Source: Trypanosoma brucei
Lineage: Eukaryota
Reading direction: 5' to 3'
DNA length: 64,000 nt
Assembly (NCBI GenBank): GCA_000002445.1
Contig: CP000071.1
Coordinates: 1,376,001-1,440,000 of the forward strand
The notes under the pieces were generated by a model. The model did not search any database. It was not told where the DNA came from and saw only the letters and a list, made by a program, of their open reading frames with translations. Of this stretch, positions 1 to 11,479 are shown in pieces; the stretch's first letter is position 1; every line of letters starts with the position of its first letter. Made by a program: the position numbers and the translations under genes.

Positions 1-572
1 CAGACGCGTAAAGTCATCCACAGCACTGAACGTGGTTTTCTTTTGCTCCTGCTCTCGTTGGCATCGCACAAAATAGAGGGAGTTAACTTTCCCTCTTTCC
101 ACGATCAGCAAGGTGCACAACCTGAAAGTAAAAACGCGCACCGTGATGGATAGGTGTGCTTCCCCCGGGACTACGGAGGACACCACCTTTGAGTTAACGA
201 GTAGGCGCAACGATAAGAAAGCCCCCTTCCGCTACAAAAAAAAAAAGAGCAACTTCGGCTGGTACACACCCGATACCCCATACGCCCACACGAAGAAAAC
301 AGACGACACCCTCAAGGGAAGAAAACATTCCACGATTCCTCGAGCTAATTGAACCCAACATACCATTCGGGGAGTAAACATACCACTCGTATACGATATG
401 AAGAGGGGGGAAAGCACAAACAGTGAGTCGGTTCTACGCCCCAGTATGTGCACGCCCCACGTCGTGCACAAATCAACCTCTCCCTCCAACGTGTTCATCT
501 GGGGACTGGTTGCCACACCTTGTTAAGCGCCCTTACGCATAGCAGCACCAAATAAATAATGTAAGCACGCAC

Positions 573-947
573 TCATTTAAACCGCGACGAAACGCCCCCG
601 GGAAGCGATGCGATGGTCGGCTTCCCCTCCGCCTTGACCTCGCCCAACCTCACACCAGAGGGGTTCGCCTCCAGCAGAGCTCTTCCCGGGCCATCCACAT
701 AATATTTTGGGTTAGGGCAAGAAGGAACCTCACAATATACGGGGAGAGTCGCCACCCACTCACCCGAAGCACGAAACTTGTGGCCACAAGGACACTGCCA
801 CTCGCGCTCACCGAGAAGCTTGGCCGTCATTTGTGCCGCTTGGCTCACGGCATCCTTCAATGACGGGCGGTTATTCGCGGTGGTGAGTGCTTTGCTAACG
901 CTTTGGCTAGCGTGGCGAGTGACAATAGTCTTGATTTTATCGAGCAT
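573..947 (-). CDS. hypothetical small protein (124 aa) with zinc-ribbon-like Cys spacing (CPC-x19-CxxxxC)
   Basis: The track ORF 573..1268 starts at a non-ATG codon and its N-terminal part is low complexity. I trimmed it to the internal ATG at 947..945 (MLDKIKT...). The C-terminal part has protein-like composition, ending ...QCPCGHKFRASGEWVATLPVYCEVPSCPNPKYY. Confidence 0.35.
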   Translation of the reverse strand: MLDKIKTIVTRHASQSVSKALTTANNRPSLKDAVSQAAQMTAKLLGEREWQCPCGHKFRASGEWVATLPVYCEVPSCPNPKYYVDGPGRALLEANPSGVRLGEVKAEGKPTIASLPGGVSSRFK

Positions 948-3900
948 GCTGCTCCCAGTGAAAATGTGAGTAAGAACAAAAAAAAACGAAGTAAATTGAC
1001 GACGACATAAGCAACAGCGACTGTCTTCTGTTAAAATGGAAGAGAAAAGTGGCACCGCGGGAAAAGCAGAGTACATAAAAGCAAAAGTGAGGTGAGTGGA
1101 ACAGAAACGCAACGGAGGGAAGAGGACCCTTAGCGGAACGATGCTGACATAGTGTTCACAGGTGCGGCCACACATAACGGGACCCGTGAGGAGCCCGCAG
1201 CACCTATAAAGACAAAGATGCTCAGTTTGCATCTGGAGTGCGTCACTTCGCCGGCCCGCCTTTCCCACTAGAGGGAAAGAAGAATTCGTAACCAGACATC
1301 GCCTTTCTCCAAGCGCGCTTTGCGCAATGGATCAACGAAACTCTCGGTGACGTGCGTATCCCTTGTGCTCCTTGCTGCCTCTTGGCGCGTTCCAGACTGC
1401 TCACATCAATACGATACGGGTGAAATAACCTCCGAGAAAACCGCATGACCACTCGTGGTAACCCACACGCCCAACTTCCCGCAATCCCGCAAAGATGCTC
1501 GCGGTGAGCACACAACAGCGGCACAACTTATCATCAGCGCCACACAATGCGTGGTGCGTGGAGGGTAAAACGGGGAAAATACGAAGAAAGGAAATGTGTG
1601 TTGGGCAATTGGAAACAAAATAGAGGCAAACAAACGGATTATTCACAACAAATCTCCCAGGAGACGACAGAGCAAAGCAAAACGAACATCACATGTACTC
1701 CGCGAAGCCTTGATGTCTTCACATAATGAGTAAGCAAAAATGATAACAATGATTGACTTCCATTAGCACGGCCCGTGACATCGCGAACTTAACAGACAGT
1801 TACCAAAAGTGTGCGTAACAATAGAGACCAACTGCTGTCTTCTCTGCTCTTTTTCTCTTGTGAAGAAAAAAAGGAGGCGGCTAATTGTAATAATACCATC
1901 GAAGAAGGGATACCCAACTCAAATGCTTCCACGATGTGTTTGTGCGTGTGTGGAAATTTACTGGACACGCCACTTAGGAAACACTGCAAAACAGCAAGTA
2001 CTACATATGACACAGCAACTAAAGCAACGACATTGAGAAGGGGAAGATAAGGAACAAACAGAAAGAAAGTTAGCAGAGAAAAAATAGAAGTGTCAGTGCG
2101 TGTGTGGGGAAATAAACAATAATCTATCTCACACAACTAGCACGAGACGCAGCAAGTAGGCTGGAAAACGCTTTAGAAATGAGGTGGATAATTTTCCTTA
2201 GAAAAATAATAAAGAAACACCACCACAAGGCGCGATATTACCATTTATGTCGATTTTGGGCGCACTCAGGGGTGTTTGCTACCGTACCCGCAACATTGTT
2301 ATCCATGAGCCACACGAAAGAAGAAAATAGGAACCATCCCAGTTAACTTGCTCCATCTATATATAAATATTTTTTTTAATCGCATTTTTTTTACCTTTAC
2401 GTTTCCTCCTTATCTCCGCTTCCACACTCTTATCAACCAACTCCTTTTCTTCCACTCAACTCACACACACACACACCCCATCCCCTTCCTTATACACCTT
2501 TCTTATTTTTGATCGTTGCAGTTGGCCGTTGCAGGTTCACTAACTTCTTCAACCATCGAGCCGCAAACAAATATCGGTGATAACACCTGAAAACTCACAA
2601 ATTACCCATATGAACCCCATCGGAGCGACACCGCTAAAAGACGACCCAAAAAAGAAGAAAAGGCGGAAGACGCAGCAAGCGGGAATGGGAAAGAGATTCG
2701 AGGTAACAAATAAGACAACGAAAGAAAAAAAAAAGGAAACTCACGCACTCACTACAGATGAAGTGGACCCCTGCATTTACGTTCAACGAACCTGGAAAGT
2801 GGCAAATAAAAAGAAGAATACGGCACCACACGACATATCGGCAGCCTCATTAAATCCATTCATTCATTCAATTATGAACCGCACACACACACACATAAAA
2901 GGAAGAAAACTAGGGGGGACACACCTAACAATCAGAGTTTGCCACGCACTCAACCAAGCTCCACAGCGTTATCACCGCAGCACCCGATAAGAAATCGGAG
3001 CGCACGCAAGCGTCGACAGAAACCCAAAAAAAGGGTGAATAGAAGAAAAGGGAAGGTTAAGAGATCAAAAACTGAAAACCAATAGGCGGGTCACTCTCCG
3101 CAGAGGTACTCTAAAGATGATGCGCGTAAAAATGTGGCGCAAACATCACACAGATACACTAAGCAGCGGGGAATCAAGATAAATAAACAAAACAAAAGAA
3201 ACGTTTTCTTTTTCCTTTTTAAAATATCCATTAGTATAACAGGCTCCACCCAGAGTCCCTCACCCATCCATTTCCTCATCCAAACTTCCTCCCTCCTCTG
3301 GTCACTTTAATTCTTCTAACAGTTGTTAGTGGTGTCATGGCGCCCCACCGAACGTTCCCTCATCCTCCCAGTGCCAACAAAAAGAGCACGTAAATGCAAA
3401 AGCAACTGGAGAAGAGGGCAAAGGAGCAACGGAGAGGAACATTTGCAACAGTAGTCAAAACCGGGCGGTTTCAGCGTGCGCCAACGGCAATAGACAACTG
3501 ATATTGCAAGTCATCCAGGACAGCACCTAGCACGCAAGCAGAGTGGAATATATTTGTATAAACTTTCGGATAATGGAACAAAAACTACAACGCAACACAA
3601 AACGATACCCAATACACAAGCACGCACGCACAAAAACAAACAAACACATATATATATAAATATATAAATATATAAATATATAAGACAACAACTACACCAA
3701 CCAAAAAATCATATAAACAGACACTCAAATATATCTTCCTCACAGTCTGTTACGTGTCCCACAAACGACGCCCACAAATAACTAAAACCTGCACAATATA
3801 AACCGACAAGCTACTTATTCCGACAACAAAAAGGCAGACACAAAACAAAAAAGAGTTAAAAAACAAAATACAACAAAAACACGAGGCATTACACATAAAA

Positions 3901-4122
3901 ATAACACCCCTACCTACAACACATAAAAAAGAGACGAGAAGGATACCACTTAAATCAAGACACTACCTACCATTCAGCAAAAAAAAAATCTCAACACAGC
4001 TCAAGTTTGTGAAGAAAAAAAAACACACTAATCACAACTACAAAATAAAAAAATCTAACGAAACGAAAAGAACAATGTAAATATATAGCCTATCAAAAAA
4101 ATTAAAAAATGGCCAATGTTGA

Positions 4123-5499
4123 TTACACAGCCACATTGTAGATTGAGGCAGCCGTACCAAACACCACAGCGATCACTCCCGATATAAGGAGGAGGTACGT
4201 ACACACGTAATTTACCACACCCACCTGAGAAATGCCCCAGTTACCACAGTACATCCGGTACAATGCGGGAATGCAGAAACCAAGGACACCACCGCAGAAA
4301 CTTCCCAAAAGACCAAATACGGTATTCAGGTCGGGAATGAAGAGGCCAAGGAGCAGAGCGCATAGAGCCATGCAACCGCAAAACAGGCAGTTCTTCCATG
4401 TTTCAAGTGTGTTCAAATCCCACCCAATGATGTAATAGCAGCAATCACGGGCTGGTTGCATGCATAGTGAAAACCCAACACAGATCTTCAGCAACATGCC
4501 CGCAAACGCAATTGCCATCATCACGTCACCCTTCACGTCATAAATCTCAAAGACAGTTTCTACAGATTTGTTCCCAACATCCGTATAACCGAAGAAACCC
4601 GCAATGATGTACACCACACAACACATACTCATGGAATACGTTGTGTGGAGTGTCATGCGCCTTGCGCTCGGTTTGCGCATCTCCGAGTAAATGGAAAAAC
4701 AGTTCATATGGCACAGGTATGAAAACATGAAGATTGACAATCCCTCAATCGCCCTGTTCCCAGATTTAAACATCTCAACATCCTCGGGAAGTTTCCCATC
4801 CTTTAATCCATTTTTCGCGGAGTGCACAACAATGCAGATGACAAAATAAAAAACGAATAGCACAGCGATAGCGGAAGCGTAACGTAGTGAGTTGATTTCC
4901 TTGGGTAACGAGAGTGAAAACATTCCAACAAACCATATGATAGACGTGATCACGCGATTGCCCGTCTTTCCCTGAAAGAACTCCAATGTAGTGCACCCAG
5001 AAGCAACAGAGCCGACAAGGTAACCGGTAGCAATTACATAACTCACGCACGTCCCAAAGGTGAACAACCACGAGACCGATATAGTGAAGTAATCCCACCC
5101 GGGTCCAAAAAGGTTCCTCGAGAGATCCGTGTATGAGTTGTACCCTGTCATTTCTACTGCCTGCATCATCAGCCCAACGGAGTATATAGTCAACACAGTT
5201 ACAGTAATTAGAATGAGGATTGATGGGATCACACCACTCATCTGAAAAGCGATAGCGAGACTTATGACTCCAGCCCCCAATGTGGCACTCCCAAGGTTAA
5301 ACGTTGTCGAAAGGGCACCACCATGGGGAATGATTGCATTTATACATTGCATGAATTTGGAGTCTGTTGTCGGAGTGTCACCATTCTTGTGATGACTTTT
5401 CTCGTCTGCCGCTGACATCGCGCCGTATCCCTCACCCTCATCGGTAACAACCTCCGTGTGGGCCTTTCCAGAGCCTAATGGTTCTGTAGGGCTCAGCAT
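4123..5499 (-). CDS. amino acid transporter / permease (AAT family), array copy 1 (458 aa)
   Basis: A 458-aa multi-pass hydrophobic protein (MLSPTEPLGSGKAHTEV...IYNVAV) with the typical amino acid/auxin permease layout: an N-terminal hydrophilic tail followed by about 11 hydrophobic segments. The start is a true ATG at 5499..5497. The 532-aa track ORF is an upstream read-through and I rejected it. This copy is variant type A (P7, DTP41-43, T123, VGSVASGCTT161-170). Confidence 0.85.
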   Translation of the reverse strand: MLSPTEPLGSGKAHTEVVTDEGEGYGAMSAADEKSHHKNGDTPTTDSKFMQCINAIIPHGGALSTTFNLGSATLGAGVISLAIAFQMSGVIPSILILITVTVLTIYSVGLMMQAVEMTGYNSYTDLSRNLFGPGWDYFTISVSWLFTFGTCVSYVIATGYLVGSVASGCTTLEFFQGKTGNRVITSIIWFVGMFSLSLPKEINSLRYASAIAVLFVFYFVICIVVHSAKNGLKDGKLPEDVEMFKSGNRAIEGLSIFMFSYLCHMNCFSIYSEMRKPSARRMTLHTTYSMSMCCVVYIIAGFFGYTDVGNKSVETVFEIYDVKGDVMMAIAFAGMLLKICVGFSLCMQPARDCCYYIIGWDLNTLETWKNCLFCGCMALCALLLGLFIPDLNTVFGLLGSFCGGVLGFCIPALYRMYCGNWGISQVGVVNYVCTYLLLISGVIAVVFGTAASIYNVAV

Positions 5500-5520
5500 A
5501 TTTAAGAGGTGGGTTTGCTG

Positions 5521-5533
5521 CGTGTGTACGTGT

Positions 5534-5564
<31 letters not shown>

Positions 5565-5570
5565 CTGCTT
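5521..5570. repeat. imperfect (GT)n/(AC)n microsatellite in the 5' UTR of AAT copy 1, expanded relative to the other copies
   Basis: Copy 1 reads gtgtgtacgtgtgtgcgtgtgcgtgtgtgtgtgtgtgtgtgtgc. Copies 2-5 carry a shorter tract at equivalent positions (e.g. 8521-8548). This accounts for the 14-bp longer first unit and for the artefactual ORF extension. Confidence 0.9.
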
Positions 5571-5585
5571 GATAGCTTGATGACT

Positions 5586-5606
5586 GAAAAGGGAAAGAAA
5601 AGAAGC
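5586..5606 (-). promoter_or_regulatory. minus-strand polypyrimidine tract plus AG, the likely spliced-leader acceptor region for AAT copy 1
   Basis: The minus strand reads tttctttcccttttcAG about 85 nt upstream of the ATG at 5499. The same element recurs at 8569-8589, 11552-11572, 14535-14555 and 17517-17537. Confidence 0.55.
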
Positions 5607-7119
5607 GAGCTAATTCGTACAACGGAAGTAAAGACTGCCAAACACATGAATACACAAGTACCAAGAGTTCTTGCACACCCAGACAAGAATCTACTAAACT
5701 CACGGGCATAGCTACTTGCATATCGAAAAAAGCACCACGTTATTTGAAGGGGCATTCAACTCATGGCGACAAAGGAAGACACAAGAAGGTGGTTTCTACG
5801 TGCACCAGACAAGTGTCAAACATGACGCACAAATCGCAGCATCATCAGAGAATGAAACACAACGTGTGTCACACACTGCTTCTGCTTACCCCGACAGAAA
5901 ACAAAAGCGGATAACAAATACAACAAAAAAGGAAGGGAACTAAACAAAAATAAAGGAGCACATTGGAGCGACACGAACGCTGGAGTAACGTATTGTTGGC
6001 TTGGCGATTGATAAAACGCGTAACCAACCCTTCACTTAACCCTGTGGGAACATGTTGTACAAAGGTAGAACATCTTCCAGAGTACGTGTTAGGTTACACG
6101 TGACACCAACTCCATCCAGCATTCAACATTCATTCGTGTGGCAGACAGAAGTTGATACACACATGTTTTCTGTGAGGAATAGAAACATGAGTATATATAG
6201 ATAATGCTTTACGCCACGGCTTCGCAATGGAAAACAAAATAACAAATGAGAAAGCATCCTTCCTTGGCCCTCCCCTCTACCTGCGAACCCAAAAACAGGG
6301 AACTGCCTGATGGAGACATAGCGCAAAGTAAAAAATAAAAATCGTAACAAAAAGGGAGAAACACTCCAGTAGCGGCCCACGAAGATGTAGTGCAACACAA
6401 GGAAGCCACTTTGTGTCACACAATGCTGAGGAAAGAGATATACGCTAAAAGTTCTTTTTAAAAGTTCTAAAAAATAAAATATATAGATATATATATGCCT
6501 CCGCTAAACCAACAAAATAATAATCAAGAATATTTTCCCATTTCGTCTTATTTTTTTTTTTCTGTCTCATAGTTATGCATCACTCACAGCACCTGCCGCC
6601 ACCATCCCTACCGTAAATAAACACGAGGAATTAACCTCTCCGCCACAGGGATTTTGTTAAGAGGAAGGAGCCACTTTACGCAGGTCAGAGAAAACAAGGT
6701 ATGAATCCATAAATACATAACTCTGTATGATAGAGGTGGGCACGCCGTTGCAAAGTGGGCATTAGCTCCTCGTTAACACGGAAACAAACTTATTAAAAAA
6801 GAAAACGTTAACGGTGTAAGCAAATTTTCCCCGCTTACACAAACATATTCACCCAACACTGAACACAGTAAAAAGAAGAAAAGAAGAGGCACCTCAAATA
6901 AATATGCTTATATACCTATACGTAACACCTAACAGTTGCATTTTGTCTACTCTTACACCACACTGAAGGTCATGCAACTGCTTATCATGCATGACACAAA
7001 CACATGGAAAAAACAACACAGTAGAAAAAAATTTAAAAATTACCATCACACGACAGAGTTTGCCTGATTATTGCCGTCACTTGCTGCATGCTCCCACTCT
7101 AACAAAGGGCCAATGTTGA

Positions 7120-8496
7120 TTACACAGCCACATTGTAGATTGAGGCAGCCGTACCAAACACCACAGCGATCACTCCCGATATAAGGAGGAGGTACGTACA
7201 CACGTAATTTACCACACCCACCTGAGAAATGCCCCAGTTACCACAGTACATCCGGTACAATGCGGGAATGCAGAAACCAAGGACACCACCGCAGAAACTT
7301 CCCAAAAGACCAAATACGGTATTCAGGTCGGGAATGAAGAGGCCAAGGAGCAGAGCGCATAGAGCCATGCAACCGCAAAACAGGCAGTTCTTCCATGTTT
7401 CAAGTGTGTTCAAATCCCACCCAATGATGTAATAGCAGCAATCACGGGCTGGTTGCATGCATAGTGAAAACCCAACACAGATCTTCAGCAACATGCCCGC
7501 AAACGCAATTGCCATCATCACGTCACCCTTCACGTCATAAATCTCAAAGACAGTTTCTACGGATTTGTTCCCAACATCCGTATAACCGAAGAAACCCGCA
7601 ATGATGTACACCACACAACACATACTCATGGAATACGTTGTGTGGAGTGTCATGCGCCTTGCGCTCGGTTTGCGCATCTCCGAGTAAATGGAAAAACAGT
7701 TCATATGGCACAGGTATGAAAACATGAAGATTGACAATCCCTCAATCGCCCTGTTCCCAGATTTAAACATCTCAACATCCTCGGGAAGTTTCCCATCCTT
7801 TAATCCATTTTTCGCGGAGTGCACAACAATGCAGATGACAAAATAAAAAACGAATAGCACAGCGATAGCGGAAGCGTAACGTAGTGAGTTGATTTCCTTG
7901 GGTAACGAGAGTGAAAACATTCCAACAAACCATATGATAGACGTGATCACGCGATTGCCCGTCTTTCCCTGAAAGAACTCCAATGCAGAGGACCCAGATA
8001 GCACAGAGTCCACAAGGTAACCGGTAGCAATTACATAACTCACGCACGTCCCAAAGGTGAACAACCACGAGACCGATATAGTGAAGTAATCCCACCCGGG
8101 TCCAAAAAGGTTCCTCGAGAGATCCGCATATGAGTTGTACCCTGTCATTTCTACTGCCTGCATCATCAGCCCAACGGAGTATATAGTCAACACAGTTACA
8201 GTAATTAGAATGAGGATTGATGGAATCACACCACTCATCTGAAAAGCGATAGCGAGACTTATGACTCCAGCCCCCAATGTGGCACTCCCAAGGTTAAACG
8301 TTGTCGAAAGGGCACCACCATGGGGAATGATTGCATTTATACATTGCATGAATTTGGAGTCTGTTGTCAGAGTGTTACCATTCTTGTGATGACTTTTCTC
8401 GTCTGCCGCTGACATCGCGCCGTATCCCTCACCCTCATCGGTAACAACCTCCGTGTGGGCCTTTCCAGAGCCCAATGCTTCTGTAGGGCTCAGCAT
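7120..8496 (-). CDS. amino acid transporter (AAT family), array copy 2 (458 aa)
   Basis: Near-identical to copy 1. The ATG at 8496..8494 was checked. This copy is variant type B (A7, NTL41-43, A123, VDSVLSGSSA161-170). Confidence 0.85.
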   Translation of the reverse strand: MLSPTEALGSGKAHTEVVTDEGEGYGAMSAADEKSHHKNGNTLTTDSKFMQCINAIIPHGGALSTTFNLGSATLGAGVISLAIAFQMSGVIPSILILITVTVLTIYSVGLMMQAVEMTGYNSYADLSRNLFGPGWDYFTISVSWLFTFGTCVSYVIATGYLVDSVLSGSSALEFFQGKTGNRVITSIIWFVGMFSLSLPKEINSLRYASAIAVLFVFYFVICIVVHSAKNGLKDGKLPEDVEMFKSGNRAIEGLSIFMFSYLCHMNCFSIYSEMRKPSARRMTLHTTYSMSMCCVVYIIAGFFGYTDVGNKSVETVFEIYDVKGDVMMAIAFAGMLLKICVGFSLCMQPARDCCYYIIGWDLNTLETWKNCLFCGCMALCALLLGLFIPDLNTVFGLLGSFCGGVLGFCIPALYRMYCGNWGISQVGVVNYVCTYLLLISGVIAVVFGTAASIYNVAV

Positions 8497-10102
8497 ATTT
8501 AAGAGGTGGGTTTGCTGCGTGTGTACGTTTGTGTGTGTGTGTGTGTGCTGCTTGATAGCTTGATGACTGAAAAGGGAAAGAAAAGAAGCGAGCTAATTCG
8601 TACAACGGAAGTAAAGACTGCCAAACACATGAATACACAAGTACCAAGAGTTCTTGCACACCCAGACAAGAATCTACTAAACTCACGGGCATAGCTACTT
8701 GCATATCGAAAAAAGCACCACGTTATTTGAAGGGGCATTCAACTCATGGCGACAAAGGAAGACACAAGAAGGTGGTTTCTACGTGCACCAGACAAGTGTC
8801 AAACATGACGCACAAATCGCAGCATCATCAGAGAATGAAACACAACGTGTGTCACACACTGCTTCTGCTTACCCCGACAGAAAACAAAAGCGGATAACAA
8901 ATACAACAAAAAAGGAAGGGAACTAAACAAAAATAAAGGAGCACATTGGAGCGACACGAACGCTGGAGTAACGTATTGTTGGCTTGGCGATTGATAAAAC
9001 GCGTAACCAACCCTTCACTTAACCCTGTGGGAACATGTTGTACAAAGGTAGAACATCTTCCAGAGTACGTGTTAGGTTACACGTGACACCAACTCCATCC
9101 AGCAATCAACATTCATTCGTGTGGCAGAGAGAAGTTGATACACACATGTTTTCTGTGAGGAATAGAAACATGAGTATATATAGATAATGCTTTACGCCAC
9201 GGCTTCGCAATGGAAAACAAAATAACAAATGAGAAAGCATCCTTCCTTGGCCCTCCCCTCTACCTGCGAACCCAAAAACAGGGAACTGCCTGATGGAGAC
9301 ATAGCGCAAAGTAAAAAATAAAAATCGTAACAGAAAGGGAGAAACACTCCAGTAGCGGCCCACGAAGATGTAGTGCAACACAAGGAAGCCACTTTGTGTC
9401 ACACAATGCTGAGGAAAGAGATATACGCTAAAAGTTCTTTTTAAAAGTTCTAAAAAATAAAATATATAGATATATATATGCCTCCGCTAAACCAACAAAA
9501 TAATAATAAAGAATATTTTCCCATTTCGTCTTATTTTTTTTTTTCTGTCTCATAGTTATGCATCACTCACAGCACCTGCCGCCACCATCCCTACCGTAAA
9601 TAAACACGAGGAATTAACCTCTCCGCCACAGGGATTTTGTTAAGAGGAAGGAGCCACTTTACGCAGGTCAGAGAAAACAAGGTATGAATCCATAAATACA
9701 TAACTCTGTATGATAGAGGTGGGCACGCCGTTGCAAAGTGGGCATTAGCTCCTCGTTAACACGGAAACAAACTTATTAAAAAAGAAAACGTTAACGGTGT
9801 AAGCAAATTTTCCCCGCTTACACAAACATATTCACCCAACACTGAACACAGTAAAAAGAAGAAAAGAAGAGGCACCTCAAATAAATATGCTTATATACCT
9901 ATACGTAACACCTAACAGTTGCATTTTGTCTACTCTTACACCACACTAAAGGTCATGCAACTGCTTATCATGCATGACACAAACACATGGAAAAAACAAC
10001 ACAGTAGAAAAAAATTTAAAAATTACCATCACACGACAGAGTTTGCCTGATTATTGCCGTCACTTGCTGCATGCTCCCACTCTAACAAAGGGCCAATGTT
10101 GA

Positions 10103-11479
10103 TTACACAGCCACATTGTAGATTGAGGCAGCCGTACCAAACACCACAGCGATCACTCCCGATATAAGGAGGAGGTACGTACACACGTAATTTACCACAC
10201 CCACCTGAGAAATGCCCCAGTTACCACAGTACATCCGGTACAATGCGGGAATGCAGAAACCAAGGACACCACCGCAGAAACTTCCCAAAAGACCAAATAC
10301 GGTATTCAGGTCGGGAATGAAGAGGCCAAGGAGCAGAGCGCATAGAGCCATGCTACCGCAAAACAGGCAGTTCTTCCATGTTTCAAGTGTGTTCAAATCC
10401 CACCCAATGATGTAATAGCAGCAATCACGGGCTGGTTGCATGCATAGTGAAAACCCAACACAGATCTTCAGCAACATGCCCGCAAACGCAATTGCCATCA
10501 TCACGTCACCCTTCACGTCATAAATCTCAAAGACAGTTTCTACAGATTTGTTCCCAACATCCGTATAACCGAAGAAACCCGCAATGATGTACACCACACA
10601 ACACATACTCATGGAATACGTTGTGTGGAGTGTCATGCGCCTTGCGCTCGGTTTGCGCATCTCCGAGTAAATGGAAAAACAGTTCATATGGCACAGGTAT
10701 GAAAACATGAAGATTGACAATCCCTCAATCGCCCTGTTCCCAGATTTAAACATCTCAACATCCTCGGGAAGTTTCCCATCCTTTAATCCATTTTTCGCGG
10801 AGTGCACAACAATGCAGATGACAAAATAAAAAACGAATAGCACAGCGATAGCGGAAGCGTAACGTAGTGAGTTGATTTCCTTGGGTAACGAGAGTGAAAA
10901 CATTCCAACAAACCATATGATAGACGTGATCACGCGATTGCCCGTCTTTCCCTGAAAGAACTCCAATGCAGAGGACCCAGATAGCACAGAGTCCACAAGG
11001 TAACCGGTAGCAATTACATAACTCACGCACGTCCCAAAGGTGAACAACCACGAGACCGATATAGTGAAGTAATCCCACCCGGGTCCAAAAAGGTTCCTCG
11101 AGAGATCCGCATATGAGTTGTACCCTGTCATTTCTACTGCCTGCATCATCAGCCCAACGGAGTATATAGTCAACACAGTTACAGTAATTAGAATGAGGAT
11201 TGATGGGATCACACCACTCATCTGAAAAGCGATAGCGAGACTTATGACTCCAGCCCCCAATGTGGCACTCCCAAGGTTAAACGTTGTCGAAAGGGCACCA
11301 CCATGGGGAATGATTGCATTTATACATTGCATGAATTTGGAGTCTGTTGTCGGAGTGTCACCATTCTTGTGATGACTTTTCTCGTCTGCCGCTGACATCG
11401 CGCCGTATCCCTCACCCTCATCGGTAACAACCTCCGTGTGGGCCTTTCCAGAGCCTAATGGTTCTGTAGGGCTCAGCAT
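10103..11479 (-). CDS. amino acid transporter (AAT family), array copy 3 (458 aa, chimeric variant)
   Basis: The N-terminus matches type A (P7, DTP) but the middle matches type B (A123, VDSVLSGSSA). It also carries a unique CGS(MAL) residue where the others have CGC. Confidence 0.85.
   Translation of the reverse strand: MLSPTEPLGSGKAHTEVVTDEGEGYGAMSAADEKSHHKNGDTPTTDSKFMQCINAIIPHGGALSTTFNLGSATLGAGVISLAIAFQMSGVIPSILILITVTVLTIYSVGLMMQAVEMTGYNSYADLSRNLFGPGWDYFTISVSWLFTFGTCVSYVIATGYLVDSVLSGSSALEFFQGKTGNRVITSIIWFVGMFSLSLPKEINSLRYASAIAVLFVFYFVICIVVHSAKNGLKDGKLPEDVEMFKSGNRAIEGLSIFMFSYLCHMNCFSIYSEMRKPSARRMTLHTTYSMSMCCVVYIIAGFFGYTDVGNKSVETVFEIYDVKGDVMMAIAFAGMLLKICVGFSLCMQPARDCCYYIIGWDLNTLETWKNCLFCGSMALCALLLGLFIPDLNTVFGLLGSFCGGVLGFCIPALYRMYCGNWGISQVGVVNYVCTYLLLISGVIAVVFGTAASIYNVAV

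Noticed and set aside
1789-2136. A 115-aa minus-strand ORF and other short ORFs in the first 4 kb
   Set aside because: They have low-complexity, hydrophobic or poly-Lys composition, derived from A-rich/T-rich UTR-like DNA. They have no domain and no supporting splice-signal context.
4123-5721. A 532-aa ORF version of permease copy 1, plus other N-terminally extended track ORFs (348 aa at 42180..43226, 727 aa at 54975..57158, 1207 aa at 57426..61049, 1021 aa at 50400..53465, 413 aa and 301 aa)
   Set aside because: The ORF track allows GTG and TTG starts, which I verified at the nucleotide level for several of these. The extensions translate UTR sequence, such as the (GT)n and poly-T tracts. 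I trimmed them to the first in-frame ATG consistent with the other copies or with the upstream polypyrimidine/AG signals.
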